Source: Oscillospiraceae bacterium
Lineage (GTDB): Bacteria > Bacillota > Clostridia > Oscillospirales > JAVBQB01
DNA length: 64,000 bases
Reading direction: 5' to 3'
Assembly: GCA_031549265.1 (NCBI GenBank)
Contig: JAVBQB010000002.1
Coordinates: forward strand, 28,038-92,037
Position numbers and translations under genes: made by a program. The first letter of the stretch is position 1, and every line of letters begins with the position of its first letter. This document shows positions 19,086-31,377 of this stretch, one piece after another. The notes beneath the pieces are model-generated. The model did no database searches and was not told the origin of the DNA. It saw nothing but the letters and a program-made list of their open reading frames with translations.

Positions 19086-19949
19086 ATGAGCCTGGACAGC
19101 ACCCCGAAAACACAAAGGAAGAAACAAAATTCGGTACTTGCCTGGCTGATCCGCTTTATAAAGGGCATCGTCATCGGAACGGGAGCAATCCTGCCCGGCG
19201 TCAGCGGAGGCGTTCTCGCCGCGATCTTTAACGTATATGAACGGATGATAGCGTTTCTTGCGGATATACGCCGCGATTTCGTTAAAAACGCGCTGTACTT
19301 TCTGCCTCTCGCGCTGGGTGGTATTGTCGGTGTTTTCATATTCTCATACGTTGTCGATTACCTTTTCAAACAGGGTCAAGCCCAGCTCATCTGGTTTTTT
19401 ATCGGCTGTATCGCGGGCACCCTGCCGCTCCTGTTCCACCAAGCCGGAAAAAAGGGCAGGAGAAAGAAGCACTTCGCCATACTTATTATTTCAACGGCCA
19501 TTACATTCGTCTTTTTGTCATTCGGCGAGAGCCTGTTCACCGGAGTGGGCATGCCGCATAACTTCGCAACCTGGATGATGTCCGGCGCGTTTATGGGTCT
19601 CGGCGCGATCGTGCCCGGACTCAGCCCATCCAACTTCCTCATTTACATGAATCTTTACCAGCCGATGGTCGAGGGTATATCCCGCGTCGACTTCGGGGTC
19701 ATAATTCCTGTTGGACTGGGTTTTGCCGTTATTGTAGTGGTTCTCTCCAAGGGCATCAGCTATCTCTTCCACCGCGCCTACGCAGGAGTTTATCACATTA
19801 TCCTCGGCGTTATCCTTGCGTCAACACTCAAGATTATACCGCTGATAAACTACATCAGCCTTGACGGGCTGACCTCCCTTCTCGCGGCGGCCGTCGGCGT
19901 CCTGCTCGGACTGTGGATGAGCCGGCTGGAGGTCAAGTACAAGTCATGA
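19086..19949 (+). CDS. DUF368-family polytopic membrane protein (family recently linked to undecaprenyl-phosphate recycling)
   Basis: Start at ATG 19086 after GGAGGG. The track start at 19002 has no RBS. Duplicated G(A/I)(I/V)(L/V)PG(V/L)S motifs (GAILPGVSGG, GAIVPGLSPS) and multiple TM helices. Confidence 0.75.
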   Translation: MSLDSTPKTQRKKQNSVLAWLIRFIKGIVIGTGAILPGVSGGVLAAIFNVYERMIAFLADIRRDFVKNALYFLPLALGGIVGVFIFSYVVDYLFKQGQAQLIWFFIGCIAGTLPLLFHQAGKKGRRKKHFAILIISTAITFVFLSFGESLFTGVGMPHNFATWMMSGAFMGLGAIVPGLSPSNFLIYMNLYQPMVEGISRVDFGVIIPVGLGFAVIVVVLSKGISYLFHRAYAGVYHIILGVILASTLKIIPLINYISLDGLTSLLAAAVGVLLGLWMSRLEVKYKS

Positions 19950-19999
19950 CGCACGGATAAGCCCCGCCAAAATGATTAGCTTTTTACTATAATAAATAC

Positions 20000-20031
20000 A
20001 GGGCAGCCAGAATAATCTGGCTGCCCTTTTA
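20000..20031. terminator. Bidirectional rho-independent terminator between convergent DUF368 and MATE genes
   Basis: 11-bp stem AGGGCAGCCAG / CTGGCTGCCCT with a 6-nt loop. TTTT follows on the plus strand, and a T-rich tract (GTATTTATT) follows on the minus strand. Confidence 0.8.
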
Positions 20032-20051
20032 GTCTCAATAATTCGATTTTA

Positions 20052-21437
20052 TCATTCGATGGTTTCCCTTGTCACGCGTGACAGCCAGAGTCCACTGGCT
20101 ATGCGGCGCACCGCAAATATGAATTTTCCGATCTCGTCGGACAAAAGCGCGACGAACACCACCGGCACCGGCCAGTTCATCAGAAACGCGCCGGCAGCGC
20201 CGAGCGTCAGCGATATTCCCCAGAGCGTGCCGATATCGATATAGAGTCCGTATTTCGCGTCCCCGCCGCCGCGCATTACTCCAATAATGCTGCAACAGTT
20301 GAACGACTGGAACACGCAGAATACCGACATCGTCATAAGCATCCAGAACAGGTAATCCAGAGCGGTCTGCGACAGCGGATACAAGCTGATGATAAACGGG
20401 GTAATCGCGGCCAGCATCCCGCCGCTCAGCAGTCCGACACACGCGGTTGTCAGCAGCAGCGAATTGGCCGCCTGACGAGCGAATTTCTCGTCCCGCGAGC
20501 CAATCGCCTTGCCCACCACAACGGCGGTGGCGTTGGCCATACCGAGCGAGACGACCAGACTAAGCGTGTGAAATACCCGCGCGACGGCGTTGGCTTCAAT
20601 TGCTTCGCTGGAAATATGTCCGAGTATCGCCGACTGAGTCGCTATACCCAGCCCCCAGAATACCTCATTGAGCACGACCGGGGTGCTGTAGCGAATAAAG
20701 TCGCGGGTCAGCACGCCACCTTTGATGAACAGGTATTTTATCCGGAAATGAATTCTTTTGTTGAAAAATCTGGCGTATACGGCGGTCACGATCAGCTCGC
20801 ACAGCCGCGCAATTGCCGTTGCCATCGCCGATCCCGTTACTCCGAGCGCGGGTGCTCCAAGGTTGCCGAAAATCAAAACCCAGTTCAGAACTAGGTTTAT
20901 TATAAACGACATCAGATAGATCAGCATGGTCACCCGAACGATCTCAACGCTTCGGATTATGTTCAGGTAAGTCATGGTAAAGCCCGTGAAGACGAAGGAA
21001 ATCGCAAGAATGCGCAAAAACTCGGTTCCGGTCGCGATCACCGCCGCGTCGTTGGTAAAAAAGCTGAGCAAAACCTCCGGAAACAGCATCGAAACCGCCG
21101 AAACGGCCACCGCGGCAATCAGTGAAGTGCGTACAGTGATGCCCATGACCCTGTTGATGACCTCGGTGTCTCCCTTGCCCCAATATTGCGCAGTCAGCAC
21201 CGAAGCTCCCGACGACAGCCCGAAAATTATCAGCGTGAATACGAAATATATCTGGTTGGCCAGCGCCGAACCGGACAGCGCGTCCCCGCTCACCCGGCCG
21301 AGCATCATAGTGTCCGCCATACCCAGCCCGACCGTTATCAGGTTTTGCAGCGCCATCGGTATCACGAGCATGAATACCGACTTATAAAAGCCCTTGTCGC
21401 GAATAAATGTCACGTTAAATATCCAACTTAATTCCAA
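20052..21437 (-). CDS. MATE-family efflux transporter
   Basis: 461 aa, about 12 TM helices. N-terminal FYKSVFMLVIPMALQNLITVGLGMADTMMLGR is typical of MATE/NorM proteins. Its 5' end overlaps the aspS 3' end by 23 nt. Confidence 0.85.
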   Translation of the reverse strand: MELSWIFNVTFIRDKGFYKSVFMLVIPMALQNLITVGLGMADTMMLGRVSGDALSGSALANQIYFVFTLIIFGLSSGASVLTAQYWGKGDTEVINRVMGITVRTSLIAAVAVSAVSMLFPEVLLSFFTNDAAVIATGTEFLRILAISFVFTGFTMTYLNIIRSVEIVRVTMLIYLMSFIINLVLNWVLIFGNLGAPALGVTGSAMATAIARLCELIVTAVYARFFNKRIHFRIKYLFIKGGVLTRDFIRYSTPVVLNEVFWGLGIATQSAILGHISSEAIEANAVARVFHTLSLVVSLGMANATAVVVGKAIGSRDEKFARQAANSLLLTTACVGLLSGGMLAAITPFIISLYPLSQTALDYLFWMLMTMSVFCVFQSFNCCSIIGVMRGGGDAKYGLYIDIGTLWGISLTLGAAGAFLMNWPVPVVFVALLSDEIGKFIFAVRRIASGLWLSRVTRETIE

Positions 21438-23187
21438 GCTCGCGCAGCTGTTCGGGCGCGACTTCGCTCGGACACGCGGTCATCAGCTCGGAGGCGTTCT
21501 GCACCTTGGGGAATGCCATGACGTCGCGGATTGAAGTGGCGCCGGTCATCAGCATAACCAGCCTGTCGAGTCCGTAGGCCATTCCGCCGTGCGGCGGCGC
21601 ACCGAAGCGGAACGCCTCCAGCAGGTGCCCGAACATCGACTGAACCGTCGCGTCATCCATGCCGAGCGCGCGGAACATGCGCTTTTGCAGCTCGGTGGAA
21701 TGGATTCGGATGGATCCGCCGCCGAGCTCCGTGCCGTTGAGCACCAGATCATAGGCCTTGGCGCGGCACTCCTTCGGGTTAGACTCCATCGTGTCCATAT
21801 CCTCGTCCATCGGCGAGGTGAACGGATGGTGCTTCGCGACCAGCCGGTCTTCTTCCTCACTGTATTCGAAAAGCGGAAACTCGTTGACCCACAGAAACTT
21901 ATAATCGTCCGGACGCAGCAGTTCCAACCGCCGCGCGCATTCCAGACGCAGAGCTCCAAGCGCCGTCATGGTGATTTCGTCGTCGCCGTGCGCCACAACG
22001 AAGATAATATCGCCGTCACCGGCTCCGGCGCGCTCTATAATCGCGTCCACTTCGGATTTCTCCAGGAATTTCGCGAAGCTGCTGGTCATCTCGCCGCCGG
22101 ACAGCTTGAGCCAGGCGAGTCCGCCCGCCTTGTACGTCTTGACGTGGTCGGTCAGCGCGTCGATCTCCTTGCGGGTGAACTTAGCGCCGCCGGGCACGCA
22201 GATCATGCGCACTCCGCCGGATTCCGCCGAGCCCGAAAACACCTTGAACGCGCAGGTTCTCGCGATATCGGTGATATCCCTCAGCTCAATGCCGAAGCGC
22301 AGATCGGGCTTGTCCGAGCCGAAGCGGGTCATGGCGTCGTTATATGACATACGCGGAAAGGGCGTCTGAATATCCGCGCCCAGAACTTTCGAAAATAATT
22401 CTTTAACGAGCCCCTCGTTGATCTCCATAACGTCGTCGGCGTCCACAAACGACATTTCGAGGTCTATCTGTGTGAACTCCGGCTGACGATCGGCGCGCAG
22501 ATCCTCGTCACGGAAACATCGCACAATCTGGAAATAGCGGTCGCAGCCCGAAAGCATCAGCAGCTGCTTATACTGCTGAGGCGACTGGGGAAGCGCGTAA
22601 AAGCTGCCCGGATGAACGCGGCTGGGCACCAGATAGTCCCTCGCTCCCTCGGGAGTGGATTTTGTAAGTATGGGTGTCTCGATCTCGAGAAAGCCGTGGC
22701 TGTCGTAATACTGCCGCACAATCTGGCAGATTCTGTGGCGCATGGCGAGCACGCGCTGCATCCCGGGACGGCGCAGGTCGAGATAGCGGTATTTCAGCCG
22801 CAACACGTCGCCGACCTCATGGTCGTCCAGAATCTCGAACGGCGTAGTCTCGGCTTTGGAGAAAACGCGCAGCTCGTCGACCAGAATTTCAACGTGCCCG
22901 GTGGGAATGTCGTCGTTTTTGCTGTCGCGCTCACGGACGGCTCCGACCGCGCCGATGACAAACTCCGACCGCACGCCGGAGGCCGCCTCAAAAATTGCCC
23001 GTTCGGTGGTGTCGTCAAAAACCAGCTGCACGATGCCTGTCCGGTCGCGCAGGTCGATAAAAATAAGACCGCCGAGGTCCCGTATACGCTGCACCCAGCC
23101 GCAGACCGAGACGCGCTGCCCGATATCGGCCGGGCGCGGGTCGCCGCAATAGCTTGAGCGCTTGAATCCCGCCAAATTACTGTTCAT
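21415..23187 (-). CDS. aspS: Aspartate--tRNA ligase
   Basis: 590 aa. Class II motifs FYALPQSPQQYKQLLM, CFRDEDLRADRQPEFTQID and GGGSIRIH. Confidence 0.96.
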   Translation of the reverse strand: MNSNLAGFKRSSYCGDPRPADIGQRVSVCGWVQRIRDLGGLIFIDLRDRTGIVQLVFDDTTERAIFEAASGVRSEFVIGAVGAVRERDSKNDDIPTGHVEILVDELRVFSKAETTPFEILDDHEVGDVLRLKYRYLDLRRPGMQRVLAMRHRICQIVRQYYDSHGFLEIETPILTKSTPEGARDYLVPSRVHPGSFYALPQSPQQYKQLLMLSGCDRYFQIVRCFRDEDLRADRQPEFTQIDLEMSFVDADDVMEINEGLVKELFSKVLGADIQTPFPRMSYNDAMTRFGSDKPDLRFGIELRDITDIARTCAFKVFSGSAESGGVRMICVPGGAKFTRKEIDALTDHVKTYKAGGLAWLKLSGGEMTSSFAKFLEKSEVDAIIERAGAGDGDIIFVVAHGDDEITMTALGALRLECARRLELLRPDDYKFLWVNEFPLFEYSEEEDRLVAKHHPFTSPMDEDMDTMESNPKECRAKAYDLVLNGTELGGGSIRIHSTELQKRMFRALGMDDATVQSMFGHLLEAFRFGAPPHGGMAYGLDRLVMLMTGATSIRDVMAFPKVQNASELMTACPSEVAPEQLRELGIKLDI

Positions 23188-23209
23188 ATATTACCCCATG
23201 TATTTAGAT

Positions 23210-24475
23210 TTACTTGATTTCTGCCGCGATCGACGGCGCGTCCAGCGGTATAGGCTCGCTCTCGGTGCGCGCCGTCATATTTTTGACCACGGCGCTGCCA
23301 ATTTGAATCTCGGCGTCGCCGATCACAACGCAATAACGCGCGCCAATCTTGTCGGCGTATTTCATCTGCACCTTGAGCGAGCGCCCGAGCGTATCCCTCT
23401 CTGCGGCCAAACCCAGCAGACGCAGCTCGTGAACCAGCTTTTGCACAGGAATATCCACGTCGTCGCCCAGTCCCGCTACAAAAACATCGCACTGCGGCGG
23501 GCGCTCGATCTCGATTCCCTGCGTTTCCATGACCATCAGCAGTCGTTCCAGCCCGCACCCGAACCCGAGTCCGCCGGTGGGCTGACCGCCCAGCTCCTCG
23601 ATCAGCGAGTCATACCGCCCGCCGCCGCAGACCGTTCCCTGCGCGCCGATGGTGGTGGTTACGAACTCAAACACGGTGCGGGTGTAGTAATCCAGACCGC
23701 GCACAATGCCGCTGTCAATTGAAAATGAAATCCCGACCGCATCCAGATATCCGGTCAGCTTTCGCATATGCTCCTCACATTCGGGGCACAGGTGGTCGAT
23801 GGTTCGCGGCGCGCCGCCGGCAATCTCGCCGCAGGAGGCGTTCTTGCAGTCCAGAATACGCATCGGGTTGAGCTTCAGCCGGTCGTGGCAGGTGCCGCAG
23901 AGCCTGTCTTCCTTTGATTCAAAATACTGGCGCAGCGCCGACTGGTAGCCCGGACGGCACGCCGGACAGCCGATGGAATTGATGCGCAGCTCGATGTCCC
24001 GGATGCCGAGACGGCCGAGCAGCCTGTGCAGCAGCATAATGACCTCAGCGTCAGCGCTCGCTCCGTATGATCCGAAATACTCGACGCCGAACTGGTGGTG
24101 CTCGCGCAGTCGTCCTGCCTGCGGTTTTTCATACCGGAAGTTCGGCGCGAGATAATAAACCTTGACCGGCAGTCCGCCGGCGTACATCGAGTTTTCGAGG
24201 TAACTGCGCACGACCGAGGCCGTCCCCTCAGGACGCAGGGTGATCGACCGGTCTCCTTTGTCGGTGAATGTGTACATTTCCTTCTGCACGACGTCGGTGG
24301 TGTCTCCGACCGCGCGAAGGAACAGCTCGGTATGTTCAAAAGTGGGAAAGCGCGTCTCCAGAAACCCGAATTCACGGGCGGTCGCGCGGATTTGATCCTC
24401 GAGATAGTGCCATTTATACGCGTCGGACGGCAACATGTCGGCGGTGCCGCGCGGGCGCTTGACTGTCAGGGACAT
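23210..24475 (-). CDS. hisS: Histidine--tRNA ligase
   Basis: Start MSLTVKRPRGTADMLP at 24475. Motif 2 FRYEKPQAGRLREHHQFGVE. The track start at 24520 adds 15 residues with no RBS. Confidence 0.94.
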   Translation of the reverse strand: MSLTVKRPRGTADMLPSDAYKWHYLEDQIRATAREFGFLETRFPTFEHTELFLRAVGDTTDVVQKEMYTFTDKGDRSITLRPEGTASVVRSYLENSMYAGGLPVKVYYLAPNFRYEKPQAGRLREHHQFGVEYFGSYGASADAEVIMLLHRLLGRLGIRDIELRINSIGCPACRPGYQSALRQYFESKEDRLCGTCHDRLKLNPMRILDCKNASCGEIAGGAPRTIDHLCPECEEHMRKLTGYLDAVGISFSIDSGIVRGLDYYTRTVFEFVTTTIGAQGTVCGGGRYDSLIEELGGQPTGGLGFGCGLERLLMVMETQGIEIERPPQCDVFVAGLGDDVDIPVQKLVHELRLLGLAAERDTLGRSLKVQMKYADKIGARYCVVIGDAEIQIGSAVVKNMTARTESEPIPLDAPSIAAEIK

Positions 24476-24563
24476 AAATTGAACCTCATTTAGGGAAAAA
24501 AGTAAGAGAACGGAGGACAAAAGTCGTGCTGTCCGCCCGTCCTCTCATCAAATTTTCAGATTA

Positions 24564-26141
<1,578 letters not shown>

Positions 26142-27662
26142 TTACTTCATTATGAGGCTTTTGCCGGTCATCTCGGGCGGCTGGTCAAGCTCCATCAGCG
26201 CGAGTATGGTCGGCATCAGGTCGCACAGCCGTCCGGACTCCAGCGTGATTTCCCCCGCTCCGCACACGATGAACGGAACCGGATTAGTCGTGTGCGCAGT
26301 ATAGGGCGAAACGCCGTCGTCGTCGATCATGCGCTCTGCGTTGCCGTGGTCGGCGGTGATAACAGTGAGTCCTCCGGCGGCAAGCGTCGCGTCGACGACC
26401 CGTCCGACACATTCGTCCACCACCTCGACAGATCGGCGCGCCGCGTCAAAGACTCCGGTGTGCCCGACCATGTCGCAGTTCGCGAAATTGAGCACCACGA
26501 GGTCGTATTCGCCCCCGTCTATGCGCTCCACCACCGAGTCAGTCACGGTATAGGCACTCATCTCAGGCTGGAGGTCATAGATCGCGACCTTGGGCGACGG
26601 AACGAGCACCCGGTCCTCGCCGGGATAAACCTTTTCCACGCCTCCGTTGAAAAAGAAGGTCACGTGCGCGTACTTCTCGGTCTCGGCAATCCTGAGCTGG
26701 CGCAGTCCCAGCCGGCTGAGATACTCGCCCATCGTGTTCTCCAGCGACTGCGGCTTAAAGGCGACCGAGACGTTGGGCATGGACGCGTCGTATTGGGTCA
26801 TGCATACATAGTTTACCGGAATCATGCCGTTTTTACGCTCAAATCCGTCAAATTCAGGGTCGACGAACGCCCGCGTGATCTCACGGGCCCGGTCCGGCCT
26901 GAAATTAAAGAAGATCACGCTGTCCCCGGCGCGGATCGCGGAGTCCGGATTGCAGATCACCGGCTCAACAAATTCGTCGGTAACGCCCTCGTCATAGGAC
27001 TTCCTGATGGCGTCAACCGGATCGGCGTTCGTCCTGCCCTCGGAATACACAAGCGCCGAATACGCGCGGACAACGCGCTCCCAGCGGTTATCCCTGTCCA
27101 TCGCGTAATACCTTCCCGTAACGGTGGCGACACAGCCGGTAAGCTCAGCGCATTTGGCGACTGCCTCGGCGACAAAATCCGCGCCGGACTTGGGTGTGAC
27201 GTCGCGGCCGTCCAGGAAGCAGTGGAGATATACTTTTTTCAGCCCGTGTCTGCGGGCAAGCTCCAGCAGCGCCCAAACGTGGGTATTGTGGCTGTGCACC
27301 CCGCCGTCGGACATCAGCCCGAGCAGGTGCAGCGCCGTCCCGTTTTTGACGCAGGACTCGACAGCGCCGGACAGCGCCGGATTCTCATAGAATTCGCCGC
27401 TTAGTATGGCGTTTGATATTCTCGGCAAATCCTGAAAAACAACCCGGCCCGCGCCGATATTGGTGTGGCCGACCTCGCTGTTGCCCATCTGCCCTTCCGG
27501 CAGGCCGACGTCCAGTCCGGACGCCGTCAGGCTGCTGTGTGGATACTGCGATGTAAATTTATCCAGATTGGGAGTGGCGGCAGAGGTTATCGCGTTACCC
27601 GGAGAACGCGGCGCGTAACCGTAGCCGTCCATAATACACAGGGTAATCGGTTTTTTGTTCAT
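26142..27662 (-). CDS. gpmI: 2,3-bisphosphoglycerate-independent phosphoglycerate mutase
   Basis: 506 aa, MNKKPITLCIMDGYGY...GNSEVGHTNIGAGR, and ADHGNAE near the C-terminus. Confidence 0.95.
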   Translation of the reverse strand: MNKKPITLCIMDGYGYAPRSPGNAITSAATPNLDKFTSQYPHSSLTASGLDVGLPEGQMGNSEVGHTNIGAGRVVFQDLPRISNAILSGEFYENPALSGAVESCVKNGTALHLLGLMSDGGVHSHNTHVWALLELARRHGLKKVYLHCFLDGRDVTPKSGADFVAEAVAKCAELTGCVATVTGRYYAMDRDNRWERVVRAYSALVYSEGRTNADPVDAIRKSYDEGVTDEFVEPVICNPDSAIRAGDSVIFFNFRPDRAREITRAFVDPEFDGFERKNGMIPVNYVCMTQYDASMPNVSVAFKPQSLENTMGEYLSRLGLRQLRIAETEKYAHVTFFFNGGVEKVYPGEDRVLVPSPKVAIYDLQPEMSAYTVTDSVVERIDGGEYDLVVLNFANCDMVGHTGVFDAARRSVEVVDECVGRVVDATLAAGGLTVITADHGNAERMIDDDGVSPYTAHTTNPVPFIVCGAGEITLESGRLCDLMPTILALMELDQPPEMTGKSLIMK

Positions 27663-27730
27663 CAGTCCAACCCTAAATCAGCAATAAAGCTGAAAATCAA
27701 ATGCCGCCTCGATTACGTCTGCCGGAAAAT

Positions 27731-28501
27731 TTATTGATTGGATGCATCGACGATCGCGACAAAATCCGCGGCTTTCAGCGATGCTCCGCCGACAAGTCCG
27801 CCGTCCACGTCGGGCTGTGCCAGCAGTTCGCGCGCGTTGCCGGCATTCATCGATCCGCCGTAGAGAATGGTTACCGCGCGCGCGACGCGGGCTCCGTATA
27901 TGTGCCTGATACATGCGCGTATGGATTCGCCAACCAGGTTGGCCTGCTCGGCGGTCGCCGTTTTGCCGGTTCCGATGGCCCATACCGGCTCATAGGCGAC
28001 GACAACGTGCCGCAGCTGGTCGGCAGTGACTCCGGCGAGCGCCGCTTTGACCTGCATGGTGATGAGCTCCTCGGTAATTCCCGCCTCGCGCTGCTCAATG
28101 GTCTCGCCGACGCAGACGATCGGACGCAGCCCGACCTCAAGCGCCAGCCTGACTTTCTTGTTGACCGTCATGTCGGTCTCGCCGAAATACTGGCGGCGCT
28201 CCGAGTGTCCGATTACGACATATTTGACGCCGACGTCCTTAAGCATTTCCGCCGAGACTTCGCCGGTAAACGCGCCGGACTTTTCGTGGTACATGTTCTG
28301 CGCGCCGATTGCGATCCTTGTGTCCTTGAGCGCTTTGAGCGCGCCGGGAATGCTGACAAACGGAACGCACAGTACGACTTCACACCACTTTGACTTGGCG
28401 ATCTGCGGCTTTAGCTCCTCGATAAGCGCCTTTGTCTCGGAGAGTGTCTTATTCATCTTCCAGTTTCCGGCAATAATCGTCTTCCGGTATCTTCTGTTCA
28501 T
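27731..28501 (-). CDS. tpiA: Triose-phosphate isomerase
   Basis: Start MNRRYRKTIIAGNWKMNKT at 28501. Also IGHSERR and YEPVWAIGTG. Confidence 0.96.
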   Translation of the reverse strand: MNRRYRKTIIAGNWKMNKTLSETKALIEELKPQIAKSKWCEVVLCVPFVSIPGALKALKDTRIAIGAQNMYHEKSGAFTGEVSAEMLKDVGVKYVVIGHSERRQYFGETDMTVNKKVRLALEVGLRPIVCVGETIEQREAGITEELITMQVKAALAGVTADQLRHVVVAYEPVWAIGTGKTATAEQANLVGESIRACIRHIYGARVARAVTILYGGSMNAGNARELLAQPDVDGGLVGGASLKAADFVAIVDASNQ

Positions 28502-28585
28502 AATTTGCCCCTTCAAACATAATATTCTTTCCAGCAAACTCGATTGAAAGCGAATTATCAATATAAAAATCCATCATTCGACCAG

Positions 28586-28623
28586 CCTGCCGTCATTCTT
28601 TAGACCGCTAATATGACGGCAGG
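28586..28623 (-). other. Intercistronic stem-loop between pgk and tpiA (no U-tract)
   Basis: Perfect 11-bp stem CCTGCCGTCAT / ATGACGGCAGG with a 16-nt loop, inside an unusually long 144-nt pgk-tpiA spacer. Confidence 0.5.
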
Positions 28624-28646
28624 CAAGGAGTTGCGCTGTTTTTTGC

Positions 28647-29849
28647 TTATTTATCGTTCAGGCAAGCAATCCCCGGCAGCTCAAGCCCCTCAAGGAACTC
28701 CAGCGAAGCGCCGCCGCCTGTCGATATATGCGTAATTTTGTCTGCGAAGCCCATCTGCTCCACCGCGGCAGCGCTGTCTCCGCCGCCGATGATGCTGACG
28801 GCTTTACTGTCGGCGATCGCTTTTGCGACCGTTCGGGTGCCGTGCGCAAACGGCTCGCACTCGAAAACGCCCATAGGGCCGTTCCAAACCACGGTTCCGG
28901 CGTCCTTGATCGCGGCACAAATCATTTTTTCGGCCTCGGGCCCGATGTCCAGACCCATTTTGTCGTCGGGAATCTTCAGCGCGTCGCAGACCTGGGTAAC
29001 GGCCGCGGCGTCGATGCCGTCCGCGATGATGCAATCCGGCGGAAGGATGAGCTTCACGCCGCGGTCATTGGCCTTGGCGATCATTTCGCCGGCCAGCTGG
29101 ATCTTGTCCTCCTCGCAGAGGGATTTGCCGACGGTGCCGCCTTGGGCCCTGGAGAACGTGTAGCGCATTCCGCCGCCGATAACCAGCACATCGACTTTGT
29201 CAAGAAGGTTTTTGATGACTCCGATTTTGTCGGACACCTTCGCGCCGCCCAAAATGGCCACAAACGGACGCGCCGGATCGGCCAGCGCGCGTCCCATGAT
29301 ATCGATCTCTTTCTTGATCAGAAATCCGCAGCAGGCGGGCAGATAGTCGGCGACGCCCGCGGTGGACGCGTGAGCGCGGTGGGACGAACCGAACGCGTCG
29401 TTTACATATATTTCCGCAAGACCGGCAAGCTCTTTCGCAAAAGCCTTGTCGTTCTTTTCCTCTTCGGCGTGGAAACGGACGTTTTCGATCAGCATAACCT
29501 GACCGTCCTTCAGTGCTGCGGCCTTTGCCTTCGCGTCCTCGCCGATAACGTCGGCTGCCATCTCAACTTTGATGCCCAGCAGCTCGCTCAGCCTGACGGC
29601 CACCGGCGCGAGCGAATACTTTTTCTTAAACTCGCCCTTTGGTCTGCCGAGATGTGAGCAAAGGATGACGCGGGCCTTGTTTTCAATAAGATATTTAATC
29701 GTGGGCAGAGACTCCACGATACGTTTGTCAGCGGTTATGTTTCCGTTTTCGTCCTGCGGAACGTTGAAATCGCAGCGGACGAGCACCCGTTTGCCGGAGA
29801 CATTGACGTCTTGAATATCCTTCTTGTTGTAATTCACTAAATGTAACAC
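28647..29849 (-). CDS. pgk: Phosphoglycerate kinase
   Basis: 400 aa, [12 protein letters not shown] and a typical PGK body. The track start is GTG 29849. GTG 29837 ([11 protein letters not shown]) has the better RBS (GAGGTG, 9-nt spacing). Confidence 0.95.
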   Translation of the reverse strand: MLHLVNYNKKDIQDVNVSGKRVLVRCDFNVPQDENGNITADKRIVESLPTIKYLIENKARVILCSHLGRPKGEFKKKYSLAPVAVRLSELLGIKVEMAADVIGEDAKAKAAALKDGQVMLIENVRFHAEEEKNDKAFAKELAGLAEIYVNDAFGSSHRAHASTAGVADYLPACCGFLIKKEIDIMGRALADPARPFVAILGGAKVSDKIGVIKNLLDKVDVLVIGGGMRYTFSRAQGGTVGKSLCEEDKIQLAGEMIAKANDRGVKLILPPDCIIADGIDAAAVTQVCDALKIPDDKMGLDIGPEAEKMICAAIKDAGTVVWNGPMGVFECEPFAHGTRTVAKAIADSKAVSIIGGGDSAAAVEQMGFADKITHISTGGGASLEFLEGLELPGIACLNDK

Positions 29850-29871
29850 CTCAATTCATCAAATCCAGTTA

Positions 29872-29900
29872 ATTATAAATTAACCTACAGGGAAAATCAA
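29872..29900 (-). promoter_or_regulatory. Sigma-A-type promoter of the pgk-tpiA-gpmI-eno operon
   Basis: Minus strand: TTGATT (29900-29895), 17-nt spacer, TATAAT (29877-29872). Confidence 0.6.
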
Positions 29901-29962
29901 GCAGAATTATCAATAAAAGTGCGTGCTTTTAAACAAAATGCGGCTGTATCAACACCAATGGA

Positions 29963-30847
29963 TCATTTTTCCCATTTTCGTCCGGTACCTGAATAAATAA
30001 CCGCGACCACGTTGGGCCCGGTGTTTGCCGACACGCAGCACCCGATCGGCAGACGCTCAACCGACCGCGGCCTGAACGTATCTTTGACCAGCTGCTCAAT
30101 CTGGTCGACATACGATTCGGGCACGTCTCCGAAAACTATTGTTATATTCTGTTCAGCTTGCTTGTCAATATACTCATCGAGCAATTCGACCGTCTTCGAA
30201 ATCACGTTTTTATCGCCGCGCGCCTTGGAGATCACGTCGATATATCCGTCAAAGCACCTCAGAACGGGACGGAGACCGAGCGCCTCGCCGATAAAAGCCG
30301 CGCCGCCGTTAATGCGCCCGCTCTTGCGCAGGTGTTTGAGCGAAAAGACCAGAAACAGCGCCTCCATCCGGGAGCACATCTCGCGCATCGACGAAACGAT
30401 CTCGCCAAATTCCGCTCCGTCACGGCGCATCAGCGCGGCATGGCGCGCCACCTGGCCGTACATCATGCTGTAGCCGCGGGAGTCTATCACCTCAATCGGC
30501 ACTCCCTCGCCGCACTCCGAGTAGTACAAATCACGCCCCACGATGGCGGAAGTGTATGTACCGCTGCCGGTTGCGGAGATGGTCACGACTATGATATGCG
30601 TGGCTCCGCCGGCAACCGCGTTTTTATAGTATTCGAGAAAGGAAACCGGAATAATCTGAGCCGTTGTCGGGATTTCGTCCAGCTCGGACAGGACTTTGCA
30701 AAACTCCCGCGGATCAATCTCGGTAAACTCCGCCCGGGTCACGCCGCCATAAGTAATCATAATGGGCAAAACCTCAATGCCCAGCTCGCTGGCCTCGCCG
30801 GGAGAAAGGTCGCAGGGCGAGTCCGCGAAAATGTGAATCTTTTGCAA
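29963..30847 (-). CDS. DegV-family fatty-acid-binding protein
   Basis: 294 aa, TTG start after GAGGTGA. KIHIFADSPCDLSPGEASELGIEVLPIMI is typical of the DegV N-terminus. Confidence 0.88.
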   Translation of the reverse strand: MQKIHIFADSPCDLSPGEASELGIEVLPIMITYGGVTRAEFTEIDPREFCKVLSELDEIPTTAQIIPVSFLEYYKNAVAGGATHIIVVTISATGSGTYTSAIVGRDLYYSECGEGVPIEVIDSRGYSMMYGQVARHAALMRRDGAEFGEIVSSMREMCSRMEALFLVFSLKHLRKSGRINGGAAFIGEALGLRPVLRCFDGYIDVISKARGDKNVISKTVELLDEYIDKQAEQNITIVFGDVPESYVDQIEQLVKDTFRPRSVERLPIGCCVSANTGPNVVAVIYSGTGRKWEK

Positions 30848-30918
30848 CTAACAATCACCTCTAGCATTATGGTTCCGCGAAATACGAGACTCCGTCGCGA
30901 AGGGTTACCCGCCGCGGC

Positions 30919-31377
30919 TCAGGCGAGCCCCGGAAAATCCATCTGGCGCAGAGCCTCGAAAGCGACCGCCGCCACAGCGTTGCCCAAGTTGAGGCTGCGC
31001 GCGCCGCCCACCATCGGCAGACGGATCATCCTGTCCGGATAGCGGCCGAGCAGACTTGCCGGCAGACCGGCGGTCTCCTTGCCGAACATCAGATAGCATC
31101 CGTCGGTAAACTCCGCCTGGCTGTATATTTTCCGCGCTTTGGTGGTCAGCAGCCAGAATTCGCCGGAGTTGCGGTCGAAGAAGTCATCGAGCGACGAATA
31201 AACGCTTATCTCGACCAGGTGCCAATAATCCAGACCCGCGCGCTTGACTCTGCTGTCACTGATGTCAAACCCGAGTGGCTCGACGAGATGCAGTCTCGAT
31301 CCGGTTGCGGCGCAGGTTCTTGCTATATTGCCAGTATTCATCGGGATTTCGGGCTCTACCAAAACGATATTCAGCAT
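30919..31377 (-). CDS. trmL: tRNA (cytidine/uridine-2'-O-)-methyltransferase TrmL (SpoU/TrmH family)
   Basis: Start MLNIVLVEPEIPMNTGNIARTCAATG at 31377. SPOUT C-terminus IRLPMVGGARSLNLGNAVAAVAFEALRQ. The start is less certain, as the track ORF extends to 31569. Confidence 0.82.
   Translation of the reverse strand: MLNIVLVEPEIPMNTGNIARTCAATGSRLHLVEPLGFDISDSRVKRAGLDYWHLVEISVYSSLDDFFDRNSGEFWLLTTKARKIYSQAEFTDGCYLMFGKETAGLPASLLGRYPDRMIRLPMVGGARSLNLGNAVAAVAFEALRQMDFPGLA

Noticed and set aside
20071-20082. The 12-bp palindrome GTCACGCGTGAC.
   Set aside because: It lies inside the MATE coding sequence near its 3' end. It is an isolated short palindrome with no regulatory context.
24476-24563. I looked for T-box leaders upstream of hisS-aspS, and also upstream of argS, serS and proBA.
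   Set aside because: The available leaders are too short for a T-box of roughly 200 nt: 88 nt for hisS, 68 nt for argS, 4 nt for serS, and about 75 nt for proBA. I saw no specifier-loop or T-box sequence. The hisS gap holds only a weak GAGGAC/GTCCTC hairpin after eno.
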